Assembly (NCBI GenBank): GCA_963727445.1
Contig: CAVSGI010000020.1
Location: 352,001-416,000 of the forward strand
Source of the DNA: an uncultured delta proteobacterium
GTDB taxonomy: Bacteria > Myxococcota_A > Polyangia > Polyangiales > B10-G4
DNA: 64,000 bases
Direction: 5' to 3'
The stretch's first letter is position 1; the number at the start of each line of letters is the position of its first letter. Position numbers and translations under genes: made by a program. The notes beneath the pieces are model-generated. The model was given only the letters and a program-made list of their open reading frames with translations, had not been told where the DNA came from and made no database searches. Shown here piece by piece: positions 48,644-57,607 of this stretch.

Positions 48644-48799
48644 GCGAACGGAGACGGATAAGCTGAAGGATCTCGGCCCGGATGGAACATTCCATGGAGC
48701 GAGTGCCTGGCCACTGCGGGAGCCATTGGGGCCATTCGGGGACGGCGGAGCCGGGTCGAGGCTCCGCGCCCCGGCCCGTATGAATTACCCTCGGCCCCG

Positions 48800-49417
48800 A
48801 TGAACGACGAGCTCATGATGGGGAGCGAGCGCCGGCTTTGGCAGCTCATCGAGGAACGCACGCTGCCGGGGGCCGACCTCGCGCGGATCGACCAGCGGAT
48901 CTGGGATCTCTTCGGAGAGGACTGGGCGGTGATGTTCACCGACCTCGCCGGCTTCTCGCGGCAGACGGCGGCCTTCGGGATCATCCACTTCCTGCAGATC
49001 ATTCACGAGCAGAAGAAGATGCTCCTGCCGATCGTCGCCGATCACGACGGCATCCTGATCAAGAGCGAAGCGGACAGCATGCTGATGGTCTTTCGGCGGC
49101 CGGAGAGCGCGCTTCGCTGCGCCATCACGATGCAGCACGCCTGCCAGAAGGACGCCGAGCGGCGCGTGCCCGAAGAACAGATCCTCCTCTGCGTCGGGAT
49201 CGGGAGCGGGCGGATCCTCCGCATTGGCGACCACGACGTCTGGGGCTCGGAGGTCAACGCCGCGAGCAAGCTCGGCGAGGACACGGCCAAGGCCCACGAG
49301 ATCCTCGTCACCGAGTCGGTGCGCGAGGCCTGCAAGGAGATGCCCGGCGTGAGCTATCTCGACCTCGGGCTCGCCGTCGCGGGCTCGGCACAGAACTACC
49401 GGGTCAAGTACCAGTAG
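48800..49417 (+). CDS. Stand-alone class III adenylate/guanylate cyclase
   Basis: VMFTDLAGFS, IKSEADS, DVWGSEVNAASKL. Confidence 0.9.
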   Translation: MNDELMMGSERRLWQLIEERTLPGADLARIDQRIWDLFGEDWAVMFTDLAGFSRQTAAFGIIHFLQIIHEQKKMLLPIVADHDGILIKSEADSMLMVFRRPESALRCAITMQHACQKDAERRVPEEQILLCVGIGSGRILRIGDHDVWGSEVNAASKLGEDTAKAHEILVTESVREACKEMPGVSYLDLGLAVAGSAQNYRVKYQ

Positions 49418-50267
49418 CTGGCCGCGCGAGGATCTCCGCGTCCACGAGGAGCGCGCGGATCCTTTCCCAGTAGTCGTCCATCTCGCGCGCGGGCGGGCAG
49501 TCGTTGTGCCCGGCGTCGTAGGCGACGAAGCGCGCGTCCCTGGCGGCGGTCGCGAGGGTGCGCCCATGCGAGAAGGGGATCGTCTGGTCGGCGCGGCCGT
49601 GCACGACCAGGAGCTTCGCGTCGAGGTCGCGGACCACGCTGAGGTTGTCGAATTGGTCGAGGATCAGAAACGACGGGATCAGCCACTGCGCGGCGACGGC
49701 AGGGATGCTCTCGAAGGTCGACTGCAGGACCATCGCGGCGGGTGGGCGGTCCGCGGCCAACGCGCAGACGGCGCCGCCTCCGAGCGAGCGACCGTGATAG
49801 ACGAGGCGGCTCGCGTCGACGTCCGGTCGTTCGACGAGGAGCGCATGGAACGCGAGGAAGTCCTCGTGGATCGCCGACTCGGAGGGAGAGCCGGCGCTGC
49901 GCCCGTAGCCCCGATACTCGGGGAGGAAGACGCTCACGCCCATCTCCCGGTAGGGAGCGAGCTCCTCGGTCCAGTAGTCGATGAGCTCGGCGTTGCCGTG
50001 GGCGAAGAGCACCACCGGGCCCGGGTGCGCCGCGTCCACGCCCCGACCGGGCAGGAAGTAGGCCTCGACCGGACCCTGGTCGCTCTCGATCTCGAGGCGG
50101 CTCAGGCCCTCCACGTTGGCGCCGCCATCGGGTCGGGGGAGCGCGAAGCTGCGCGGGAAGAGCATCGAGCGTTGCAGGGCGAGGACGATCACGACGTAGG
50201 AGAGGATAGCGAGGGTCGCGATGATGAGCAGCGCCCGGCGGCCACGATGGTCGGAGGCCCCGGTCAT
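49404..50267 (-). CDS. Alpha/beta hydrolase (ABHD13/BEM46-like)
   Basis: HGNAE, EYRGYG, GRSLGG, HGRAD, GHND. Confidence 0.9.
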   Translation of the reverse strand: MTGASDHRGRRALLIIATLAILSYVVIVLALQRSMLFPRSFALPRPDGGANVEGLSRLEIESDQGPVEAYFLPGRGVDAAHPGPVVLFAHGNAELIDYWTEELAPYREMGVSVFLPEYRGYGRSAGSPSESAIHEDFLAFHALLVERPDVDASRLVYHGRSLGGGAVCALAADRPPAAMVLQSTFESIPAVAAQWLIPSFLILDQFDNLSVVRDLDAKLLVVHGRADQTIPFSHGRTLATAARDARFVAYDAGHNDCPPAREMDDYWERIRALLVDAEILARPATGT

Positions 50268-50382
50268 GGCGACACTTTGGCAGATTTCCCCGCCATTCAC
50301 CCGTGATCGGCCGGGGAGCCGACTCGCGCCCGTTGACGCCTGCCCCCTCGGCCGACTATCCAGAGCGCCTCTGGAGGCGCCC

Positions 50383-50814
50383 ATGACCATCTTCACCGCG
50401 GAGATCGAGCTGTCGACGGATCAGCCGCGTCAGATGATCGACATCACGGCGCGCACCCGAGCGCTGGTGAAGGAGTCGGGTGTGCAGACGGGCATCTGCT
50501 CTCTCTTCGCCCACGGCGCCACGGCGGGGCTCACGATTCAGGAGAACGCGGACCCCAACATCTCGGTGGACGTCATGAGCTGTCTCGATGGGCTCATCCC
50601 GGCGGGCAAGTGGCTGCACGACCGCATCGACGGCAACGGCGCCTCCCACATCCAGGCCGCGATCGTCGGTCCCACCGAGGTCGTGCCCATCCGCGACGGC
50701 GATCTCCATCTGTCGACCTGGCAGAACGTCTTCTTCTGTGACTTCGATGGGCCACGGCGAACCCGGCGGGTGATCGTGACGATCCTCGGAGACCCCGGGC
50801 GCGCGGAGCCGTGA
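50383..50814 (+). CDS. yjbQ: YjbQ / UPF0047 family protein
   Basis: TAGLTIQENADP, NGASHI, LSTWQNVFFCDFDGPR; SD GGAGG. Confidence 0.9.
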   Translation: MTIFTAEIELSTDQPRQMIDITARTRALVKESGVQTGICSLFAHGATAGLTIQENADPNISVDVMSCLDGLIPAGKWLHDRIDGNGASHIQAAIVGPTEVVPIRDGDLHLSTWQNVFFCDFDGPRRTRRVIVTILGDPGRAEP

Positions 50815-52385
50815 CGCCCCACCTCCCGGACCCGGGCTTCCTCGCGATACTGCCGCCGCTCCTCGCCATCATCCTGGCGGTGACGTTGCGGCAGGTGATC
50901 CTGGCGCTCGTCTCGGGCGTCTACCTCGGGGCGCTCATCGTCTTCGACTTCGCGCCCGGCGTCGCCTTGCTCCGCACCGTCGATCACTACGTGGTGCACT
51001 CCCTCGCCGACGAGGACCACGCGTCCATCATCGTCTTCAGCCTGCTCCTCGGCGGGATGATCGGCGTGGTCACCAGCAGCGGCGGGGGCATGGGGCTCGC
51101 GAAGCTGGTGACCAGTCGCGCCAGGACCACGACCGGTGGCCTCTTCGGTACCTGGCTGATGGGCATCATCATCTTCTTCGACGACTACGCCAACGCGCTC
51201 CTCGTCGGGACGACGATGCGGCCGATCACCGATCGGCTCCGCGTGAGCCGCGAGAAGCTCTCGTTCCTGGTGGACGCGACCGCCGCCACCGTCTCCAGCG
51301 TCGCGTTGGTCTCGTCGTGGATCGGCGTGGAGATCGGCTACATCGAGGACCAGTTCTCCTCGCTGTCGCTGTCGGGCGATCCCTACATCATCTTTCTCGA
51401 GACCATCCCCTACCGCTTCTATCCGATCCTCATGCTCGTCTTCGGGCTGATGGTCATCTTCATGCGCCGCGACTTCGGCCCGATGCTCGCGGCGGAGCGC
51501 CGCGCCCGCGACGGGCAGGTGTCGGCGCCGGGCGCCAAGCCCGCGCTCGATCTCGACGCGAGCGACATCGAAGGCGGAGGCGAGCCGAGCTGGATCGACG
51601 CCGTGGTCCCCATCGGCGCGGTGATCGCCGTGGCGCTGATCGGGATGTACGCGACCGGCCATGCCGCCGTGAGCGAGGCGGGGGACGAGCCGACGCTCCG
51701 CGCGGTCTTCGGCAACGCGAGCTCTCTCAAGTCGCTTCTCTGGGCGGCTTTCATCGGGTCCGGCGTCGCGATCTTCACGGCCGTCGCGCGTCGCTCGTTG
51801 CGCTTCGGCGCGGCCCTCGACGCATGGCTCACGGGCGTCAAGTCCATGGTGATGGCCTGTATGATCCTGATCCTCGCCTGGGCGCTGGGCGCGGTGTGCA
51901 AGGATCTCGAGACCGCGCGCTGGGTGATCGGCGCCATCGGCGGATGGGTCGCGCCGGGCCTTCTGCCCGCGCTCATCTTCGTCATCGCCGCGGCGGTGGC
52001 CTTCGCGACCGGGACCAGTTGGGGGACGATGGCGATCCTCTTTCCGCTGGTCGTCCCGCTCGCCAACGATCTGGCGCCCGGCGATCACGGCGTGATGCTC
52101 GGCGCGATCAGCTCGATCCTCGCCGGGGCGGTCTGGGGTGATCACTGCTCTCCGATCAGCGACACCACGATCATGAGCTCGATGGCCTCGAGCTGCGACC
52201 ACGTCGATCACGTGCGAACGCAGCTGCCCTACGCCCTGGCGGTGGGCATCGTCAGCCTGATCTTCGGAGACCTGGCGACGGGCTTCGGGCTCTACCCGGC
52301 GTGGGTCGGGCTATTGCTGGGCGGCCTCGCGCTCTTCGCCATCTTGCGTTTCGTCGGGCAGCCCGTTCCGGATCACGAGGCCTGA
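50811..52385 (+). CDS. Na+/H+ antiporter NhaC-family transporter
   Basis: FFDDYAN, SREKL..VDAT, TGTSWGT, GDHCSPISDTT, DHVRTQLPY. Confidence 0.93.
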   Translation: MTPHLPDPGFLAILPPLLAIILAVTLRQVILALVSGVYLGALIVFDFAPGVALLRTVDHYVVHSLADEDHASIIVFSLLLGGMIGVVTSSGGGMGLAKLVTSRARTTTGGLFGTWLMGIIIFFDDYANALLVGTTMRPITDRLRVSREKLSFLVDATAATVSSVALVSSWIGVEIGYIEDQFSSLSLSGDPYIIFLETIPYRFYPILMLVFGLMVIFMRRDFGPMLAAERRARDGQVSAPGAKPALDLDASDIEGGGEPSWIDAVVPIGAVIAVALIGMYATGHAAVSEAGDEPTLRAVFGNASSLKSLLWAAFIGSGVAIFTAVARRSLRFGAALDAWLTGVKSMVMACMILILAWALGAVCKDLETARWVIGAIGGWVAPGLLPALIFVIAAAVAFATGTSWGTMAILFPLVVPLANDLAPGDHGVMLGAISSILAGAVWGDHCSPISDTTIMSSMASSCDHVDHVRTQLPYALAVGIVSLIFGDLATGFGLYPAWVGLLLGGLALFAILRFVGQPVPDHEA

Positions 52386-52583
52386 GCGCCGGGGGGGCGG
52401 TGAGGCGGGAAGAGGCCGCGCTGCGCTGCGCGTGTGCGGTTGGTGGCGTGGGTCTTGGCGAGACGGGTGCCGGTGGCGGTAAGCGCGCTTCGCTTCGCTC
52501 GCTCAGCTTGAAGATGGGGAGGCGTGCGCGCGGCTCGCTTCGCGAGCGCGCTTGCGGGGTCGCTGGGGTGGGGGCCGGAAAGG

Positions 52584-53040
52584 TTTAATTGTGGTCGGGG
52601 CTCCGCCCCAACACCCCGGGGGGGACAAGCCCCCCCTGTCGCCTCGCGCTTCGCGCTCGGCTCTCACGTCTGCCCGCCCGATGTGGAACAGATGAGCGAG
52701 ATGCATTTGATGGCAATGAGCTGATGGTCTGCGGGCAGCGTTCGGCCCCCCCCTCGGCGCCTGCGGCGCCGGGTCGCGGCCTGGCGGCCGCTCTGCTCCT
52801 GCCTCGGTGACCTGGACGGAGTGGAGCGTTGCGAAGCAACGCGACCCGGGCGCCCTTGGGCGCCCGAGAAGGGGGGGCGAACGCTGCCCGCAGAGGTCCC
52901 AGCGAATCCAAGAGCGACCCTGTGGGTCAGTTTCAGTCACTTCAGACGGGCAGACGTGAGAGCGAGCGCGAAGCGCGAGCGACCCGGGGGAATCCTTTCC
53001 CCCGGGGGTCGTTAGGGGCGAAGCCCCAACCACAATTAAA
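52584..53040. repeat. Inverted pair of a ~220-bp structured element (REP/MITE-like), TTAA at both outer ends
   Basis: Copy 1 at 52584-52800, copy 2 at 53040-52817; both begin TTTAATTGTGGTYGGGGCTYCGCCCC. Confidence 0.9.
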
Positions 53041-53449
53041 GCGGCCCGAGATCGCGGATGATTTGCAGGAGCACGTCGTGGTCGAAGGGCTTTTCGACGC
53101 GGGCGTTGTCGACGCCGGCGAGGAAGGTGCGGGCTTCTTCGGTGAAGACGCCGCCGGACATGAAGACGACGCGGGGCGCCAGCGCGGGGCGATGCTCCTC
53201 CAGCCATGCGTGAAGCGCCATGCCACTGACCCCGGGCATCATCAGGTCGCAGAGGATGACGTCGAAGGCGCCGTCGTCTTCGAGGAGCGCGCGCGCATCC
53301 CGGCCGGAGGAGGCGAGCTCGATCTCGTGCTCCTCCCCGAGCAGTACCTTGAGGGTCGTTCCGATCAATGGTTCGTCGTCGACGATCAACACGCGCAGAG
53401 GTGCGCCACCCTCGCGCGCCGAATGGCGCGTTCCTTCCCCCACATTCAT
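53036..53449 (-). CDS. Single-domain response regulator
   Basis: LIVDDEP, FDVILCDLMMPG, FMSGG, EKPF; TAA stop coincides with the repeat end; start could be 53461. Confidence 0.9.
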   Translation of the reverse strand: MNVGEGTRHSAREGGAPLRVLIVDDEPLIGTTLKVLLGEEHEIELASSGRDARALLEDDGAFDVILCDLMMPGVSGMALHAWLEEHRPALAPRVVFMSGGVFTEEARTFLAGVDNARVEKPFDHDVLLQIIRDLGPL

Positions 53450-53545
53450 ACCGTGTTCCATTCCCCCGACCCCGAAGCTACCAATCCCCCGCTTCGGCCG
53501 CAATGAGCACTGCGCTTCGGATCTCCGGTCGATTACCCTCGTCGC

Positions 53546-55042
53546 GTGTGGCCCCGACTCCTCGCGGTGCTCTTACTCTCCGCTTGCGGACCCTCCGATG
53601 AGGAGTCCGCGGAGGCCGAGTGGGTACACGCCGAGGCGCTGTGGCGGCCCAGCCATCGGGATCTGGGTGCCTACGACGCATGGCTTGCTCTGGATCCGGG
53701 GACGGCGCGGGGCCGCGAAGCACACCGCCGCCTCGAGGAAGCGGACGCCCATTATCGGGAGGGGATCCGGCGTCTGACCCAGGGGGAGGCGGGGAGCACC
53801 GAGGCGCTCCTGATGGGGGTCGCCATCGCACCGATGGACCCCGACCACTACCTGGCACTGGCGCGCGCCAGTGCCGCGCGCGGCGTGACCGGGCGCGGCC
53901 GCGCCACCGAGTACTACATGAAGTACCTGGCGGTTCGGCCCGAAGGGCTGGACGCCGAAGCCGCGCGCTCGGAGCTGGAAGAGCTCGATCCGGCACTGGG
54001 CGGCATCTTCGGGCCTCCGAGCGTGGTCGCCGACGCGACGGAGGACCAGGGGCCTTCGCAGATGGCGACGGCGGCGGTGTCGGCGGTGGTGGGCTCCTTT
54101 TTGACCATCGCCATCGGGCTGATCGTGCTCACGGTGCGCCGGCGTGGCGAGCCGCTCTCCAAGCTCGCCGAGAGATCTCCCGAGCTGCATCCCGCGATCG
54201 CTTACCTCGTCGGCTCTCTTCGACACGAGCTCCTCAAACACCGCATCGGCGCCGTCGGGGATGCGCTCAAAGCGCTCGGCCGCGGCGGCGCGACCGAGGC
54301 TCAGCTCCGCTTCATCGAGGGCCGTCTCTTCGGCGGCGAACCGCTGGTGTCGTCGTGGAAGGCGCACCTCGCCTCCTTCGAGCGCGCGCTCGGCTATCGA
54401 CTCGAGCTGCGCCGCGACCGGGACTTCCGCCGCGCCGACCGCGCCATTCGGCGCATCGCCCGCCTCGAAGGGCGCATCTCGCAAAAAGATCCCTCGGTGC
54501 AGCGCACCCTGGCCGGGGCCTACGACACATTGCAGGCTTTCGATCGTGAGCTCGCGCAGCTCGTGCATCGGTTGGTACGCACGCGGATCGATGCCGAGCT
54601 TCTCGAGACGGTGGTGTCCGAGGTGCGCGGGGAATACGCGCCCAGTCAGGTCGCGCTCGATTCGCTCGAGGTCGTGGCGCCGGAAGAAGAGGTCGAGGTC
54701 GAGGTCTTCCGGGTGGACCTGGTGCTGATCCTCAAGAACGTCGTTCGAAACGCCATCCTGGCGGTGGAGCGGAGCGAGCCTCCCAAGAAGGTGTCGGTGG
54801 ATGCTCGGGTGGAGCTGGAGGCGACGGGCGAGGAGATCGTCTACCTGCGGGTCCGGGACACCTCCACCGAGTCGTTGTCCCGCGAGTCGATCTACGACCG
54901 GCGGGTGGATTGGGGTCTCGGCCTCGTGACCGCCGCTCTCACCCGCTACGATGGCGCGATCGAGGTCCAGCCGGCGGAAGACGGATTTCACAAGGCGGTG
55001 AGCGTGCGATTCTTCCGCGCGCTCGACATGGACGAGGAATGA
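53546..55042 (+). CDS. Atypical sensor histidine kinase: lipobox, TPR-like periplasmic part, TM, His box, degenerate HATPase
   Basis: LLLSAC; TM 'AVSAVVGSFLTIAIGLIVL'; SLRHELLK; LKNVVRNA; VRDTS; GLGL. Confidence 0.75.
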   Translation: MWPRLLAVLLLSACGPSDEESAEAEWVHAEALWRPSHRDLGAYDAWLALDPGTARGREAHRRLEEADAHYREGIRRLTQGEAGSTEALLMGVAIAPMDPDHYLALARASAARGVTGRGRATEYYMKYLAVRPEGLDAEAARSELEELDPALGGIFGPPSVVADATEDQGPSQMATAAVSAVVGSFLTIAIGLIVLTVRRRGEPLSKLAERSPELHPAIAYLVGSLRHELLKHRIGAVGDALKALGRGGATEAQLRFIEGRLFGGEPLVSSWKAHLASFERALGYRLELRRDRDFRRADRAIRRIARLEGRISQKDPSVQRTLAGAYDTLQAFDRELAQLVHRLVRTRIDAELLETVVSEVRGEYAPSQVALDSLEVVAPEEEVEVEVFRVDLVLILKNVVRNAILAVERSEPPKKVSVDARVELEATGEEIVYLRVRDTSTESLSRESIYDRRVDWGLGLVTAALTRYDGAIEVQPAEDGFHKAVSVRFFRALDMDEE

Positions 55043-55479
55043 AGCGCCTCTTGGTCATCGAAGACGGTCACGAGTACGAGGAGTTCGCCAAGCTCTTCCT
55101 GGCGGACGCGTTCGAGATCGTGGGCGCACGGAGCGCGGATGAGGCGCTTCGTTCCATCGCCGAAGGCGCGCCCGACGCGATCCTCCTCGACCTGCGCTTC
55201 GATCGCACGCCGAAGGAGGCGCTCATCGGGGACGTCGAGGGCACGGCGGAGCGCCTCTTCGCCGGCAACACCGAGCGGGCCCTTCGATACGTCCGCGAGC
55301 AGCAGGGCGCCCTCGTGCTGTCGAAGGTGCGCGAAGCGGGCTGCGACGTGCCGGCGGTCTTCGTCCACGACTTTCCGAAGCGCCGCCTCGCGAACCTCCG
55401 GAAGATGTACGGCGCGGTCCACGCGGTGGCCTCCTTCGACGCCGCCGCGATCCTCGAAGCGCTGGGAGCCGCGCGTTGA
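55039..55479 (+). CDS. Atypical single-domain receiver protein
   Basis: LLVIEDG, PDAILLDLRF; ~30-aa insert after the Asp; no KP motif. Confidence 0.75.
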   Translation: MKRLLVIEDGHEYEEFAKLFLADAFEIVGARSADEALRSIAEGAPDAILLDLRFDRTPKEALIGDVEGTAERLFAGNTERALRYVREQQGALVLSKVREAGCDVPAVFVHDFPKRRLANLRKMYGAVHAVASFDAAAILEALGAAR

Positions 55480-55826
55480 ACGCCTACGCGCGTCTCTCCC
55501 ACGACGTGGGCAAATACGTCGCCCGCATCGCCCACAACATCGGCGAAGGGCCCATCCCCGAAGCGCTGGCGCCGCTCCTCGCCCGCGATCTCTACGCGCT
55601 CCCCGGCGACCGCCGTGCCTCCGCCGTGTTTGCCGAGCTCACCACCCAGACCCCCGACGCGGAAGAGCTGCGAGAGGCGCGAGCCCACCTCGAAGCCATC
55701 GACGCCCTCGAGACGCGCGTGCGCGCCGGTGAAGAGCACGCGATGCGCGAGGCAGCGCGCCACGCTCTCGCAGTCGAACGCTGCCTCCGGACGCTCGCCG
55801 CCCGGATGGGAGGGGCGGGCGCGTGA
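55476..55826 (+). CDS. Small helical protein with His-box-like motif (possible phosphotransfer protein)
   Basis: TTG start overlapping upstream stop; 'ARLSHDVGKYV'. Confidence 0.6.
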   Translation: MNAYARLSHDVGKYVARIAHNIGEGPIPEALAPLLARDLYALPGDRRASAVFAELTTQTPDAEELREARAHLEAIDALETRVRAGEEHAMREAARHALAVERCLRTLAARMGGAGA

Positions 55827-57487
55827 GCCGACGACCGAAGCTCCTGGTCATCGACGATGGTGACCGCTACATCGAGCTCGCGCACGCGCTCCTCAGGGAT
55901 TACGACTACGCGACGCGCTGCGCGCTCGAAGGGCCGTGCTGGGAGTGCTCCGAGCGCGTGGGCTGCACGCTCACGCACGCCCATCACGCCGCGGAGGCGG
56001 ACGAGGCCCTCGCCAACAACCCCGACACCGACGTCGTGCTCCTCGACGTCGCCTTCGACGTCGCGGAGTCGGAGCTCCTTCAGGCCGACGAGCCCCTCGA
56101 GCGCCGCCGCCGTCTACAAGGCCTCGCCATCCTCGACCACCTCCGGAAGAGCCGCGGTGAGCTCCCCATCGTCCTGATGACGTCGGTGGACGAGCTGGCG
56201 CTCGAAGACGCGAGCTTCGCGCCCCGCGCCGACGAATTGCTCAGCCTCGCGGGCGCGGATGCCTTCGACGCGCGCGCGCTCGGCCTGCTCGTCGAGCGGA
56301 TCCTCGCGCGGCGGCACGAGGTGCCCGCGGCCGGCGGCTATGCGTGGGGGAAGAGCCGGGCCATGGCGCGGCTCCGCCAGGACGCGACGACGCTCGCCCG
56401 CACCTCGCTGCCGATCCTGATCCTCGGTGAGACCGGCACCGGCAAGAGCGCCCTCGCAGAGCACGTGATCCATCCGGCCACCGGCCGGCGCGGGCCCTTC
56501 CTGCACGTCGATCTCTCCGCCATTCCGGAGACGTTGCTCGCGAGCGAGCTCTTCGGCACCGCGAAGGGCGCCTTCAGCGGCGCGGTGGAGCGCGAGGGGC
56601 TCTTCGCCCGGGCTCACGAAGGGACGGTGCTCCTCGACGAGATCGGCAATCTTCCTCTCGACCTCCAGCGGATGCTCCTGCTCACGCTCCAGGACGGGAA
56701 AGTGACGCGTCTGGGTGAGACCCAGAGCCGCATCGTCGACGTGAAGGTGATCGCGGCCACGAACCTCGACCTCGAGGCCGAGGTGCGCGCCGGCCGCTTC
56801 CGCGCCGACCTCTACGCACGCCTCAACCCTGCCGCTCGCCTGGTGTTGCCGCCGCTGCGCGAGCGCATCGACGATCTCGAGGTGCTCCTCGAGGGCTTCG
56901 TCCGTCGCGCCTTCGCCCTCGGCCCCGATCGTGCGCTCCTGGCCGACTACGCCAGCGCCGCGGGTCTCTCGGGCGCGCCGAAGGTTCGGCTCGCGATTGG
57001 TGAGCCAACGCCGAGCGACGACGTGACCTTCGTGCTCTCGGCGGCGAGCTTCGAGGCCCTTTCGGCGCATCCGTGGCCGGGCAACGTGCGCGAGCTCGAG
57101 CTCTTCGTGAAGAACGCGGTCGTCTTCTCTCTCTCGGACGCGCTCGGAGCCGCGGAGCGCGGTCGCGGTGTTCGCGGCGCTGCGCGCACCATCCCGATCC
57201 CGGCGCGCCTGGTCCGCGAGCTGCTCTCCGGTTCCTGGGCCGACGCCGAGGCGGCGTCCCCGCGAGACGAGCGCTTTTCGCCGACCATCTCTCCCAAGCC
57301 TGGACTTCGCGACGTCGCTCGGGACATGGAGCGGCAGCTCTACACGCGCCTCTTCGAAGAGAGCGGCGGCGACTTCGAACAGATGGCGGAAGCGCTGCTC
57401 GAGGGGGATGCGAAGGCCAACGCCCGCAAGGTTCGCCTGCGCTTCAACCAGCTCGGTTTGAAGGTGAAGAAGCTACGAAAAACATAA
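55823..57487 (+). CDS. Sigma54-dependent enhancer-binding response regulator
   Basis: LVIDDG / VLLDV receiver; GETGTGKS, SELFG, GAFSGA, LLDEIG, FRADLYARL, WPGNVREL. Confidence 0.93.
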   Translation: MSRRPKLLVIDDGDRYIELAHALLRDYDYATRCALEGPCWECSERVGCTLTHAHHAAEADEALANNPDTDVVLLDVAFDVAESELLQADEPLERRRRLQGLAILDHLRKSRGELPIVLMTSVDELALEDASFAPRADELLSLAGADAFDARALGLLVERILARRHEVPAAGGYAWGKSRAMARLRQDATTLARTSLPILILGETGTGKSALAEHVIHPATGRRGPFLHVDLSAIPETLLASELFGTAKGAFSGAVEREGLFARAHEGTVLLDEIGNLPLDLQRMLLLTLQDGKVTRLGETQSRIVDVKVIAATNLDLEAEVRAGRFRADLYARLNPAARLVLPPLRERIDDLEVLLEGFVRRAFALGPDRALLADYASAAGLSGAPKVRLAIGEPTPSDDVTFVLSAASFEALSAHPWPGNVRELELFVKNAVVFSLSDALGAAERGRGVRGAARTIPIPARLVRELLSGSWADAEAASPRDERFSPTISPKPGLRDVARDMERQLYTRLFEESGGDFEQMAEALLEGDAKANARKVRLRFNQLGLKVKKLRKT

Positions 57488-57559
57488 TCGTCATCTACTA
57501 AGAATAGATATCGGACTCGCTGCTCTCTCATTTCTGCAGTAATTCCGAAAAACCAGCGC

Positions 57560-57575
57560 TGGCACGGTGGCTGCT
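57560..57575 (+). promoter_or_regulatory. Sigma54 -24/-12 promoter
   Basis: TGGCACG-GTGG-CTGCT in an AT-rich spacer; SD AAGGAGGA at 57589-57596. Confidence 0.85.
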
Positions 57576-57607
57576 TTGTCCTCTGCCCAAGGAGGAAACG
57601 ACAGAGC

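Noticed and set aside
52503..53207. Several ORFs across the palindromic region
   Set aside because: Non-coding composition; no transposase motifs; explained by the repeat
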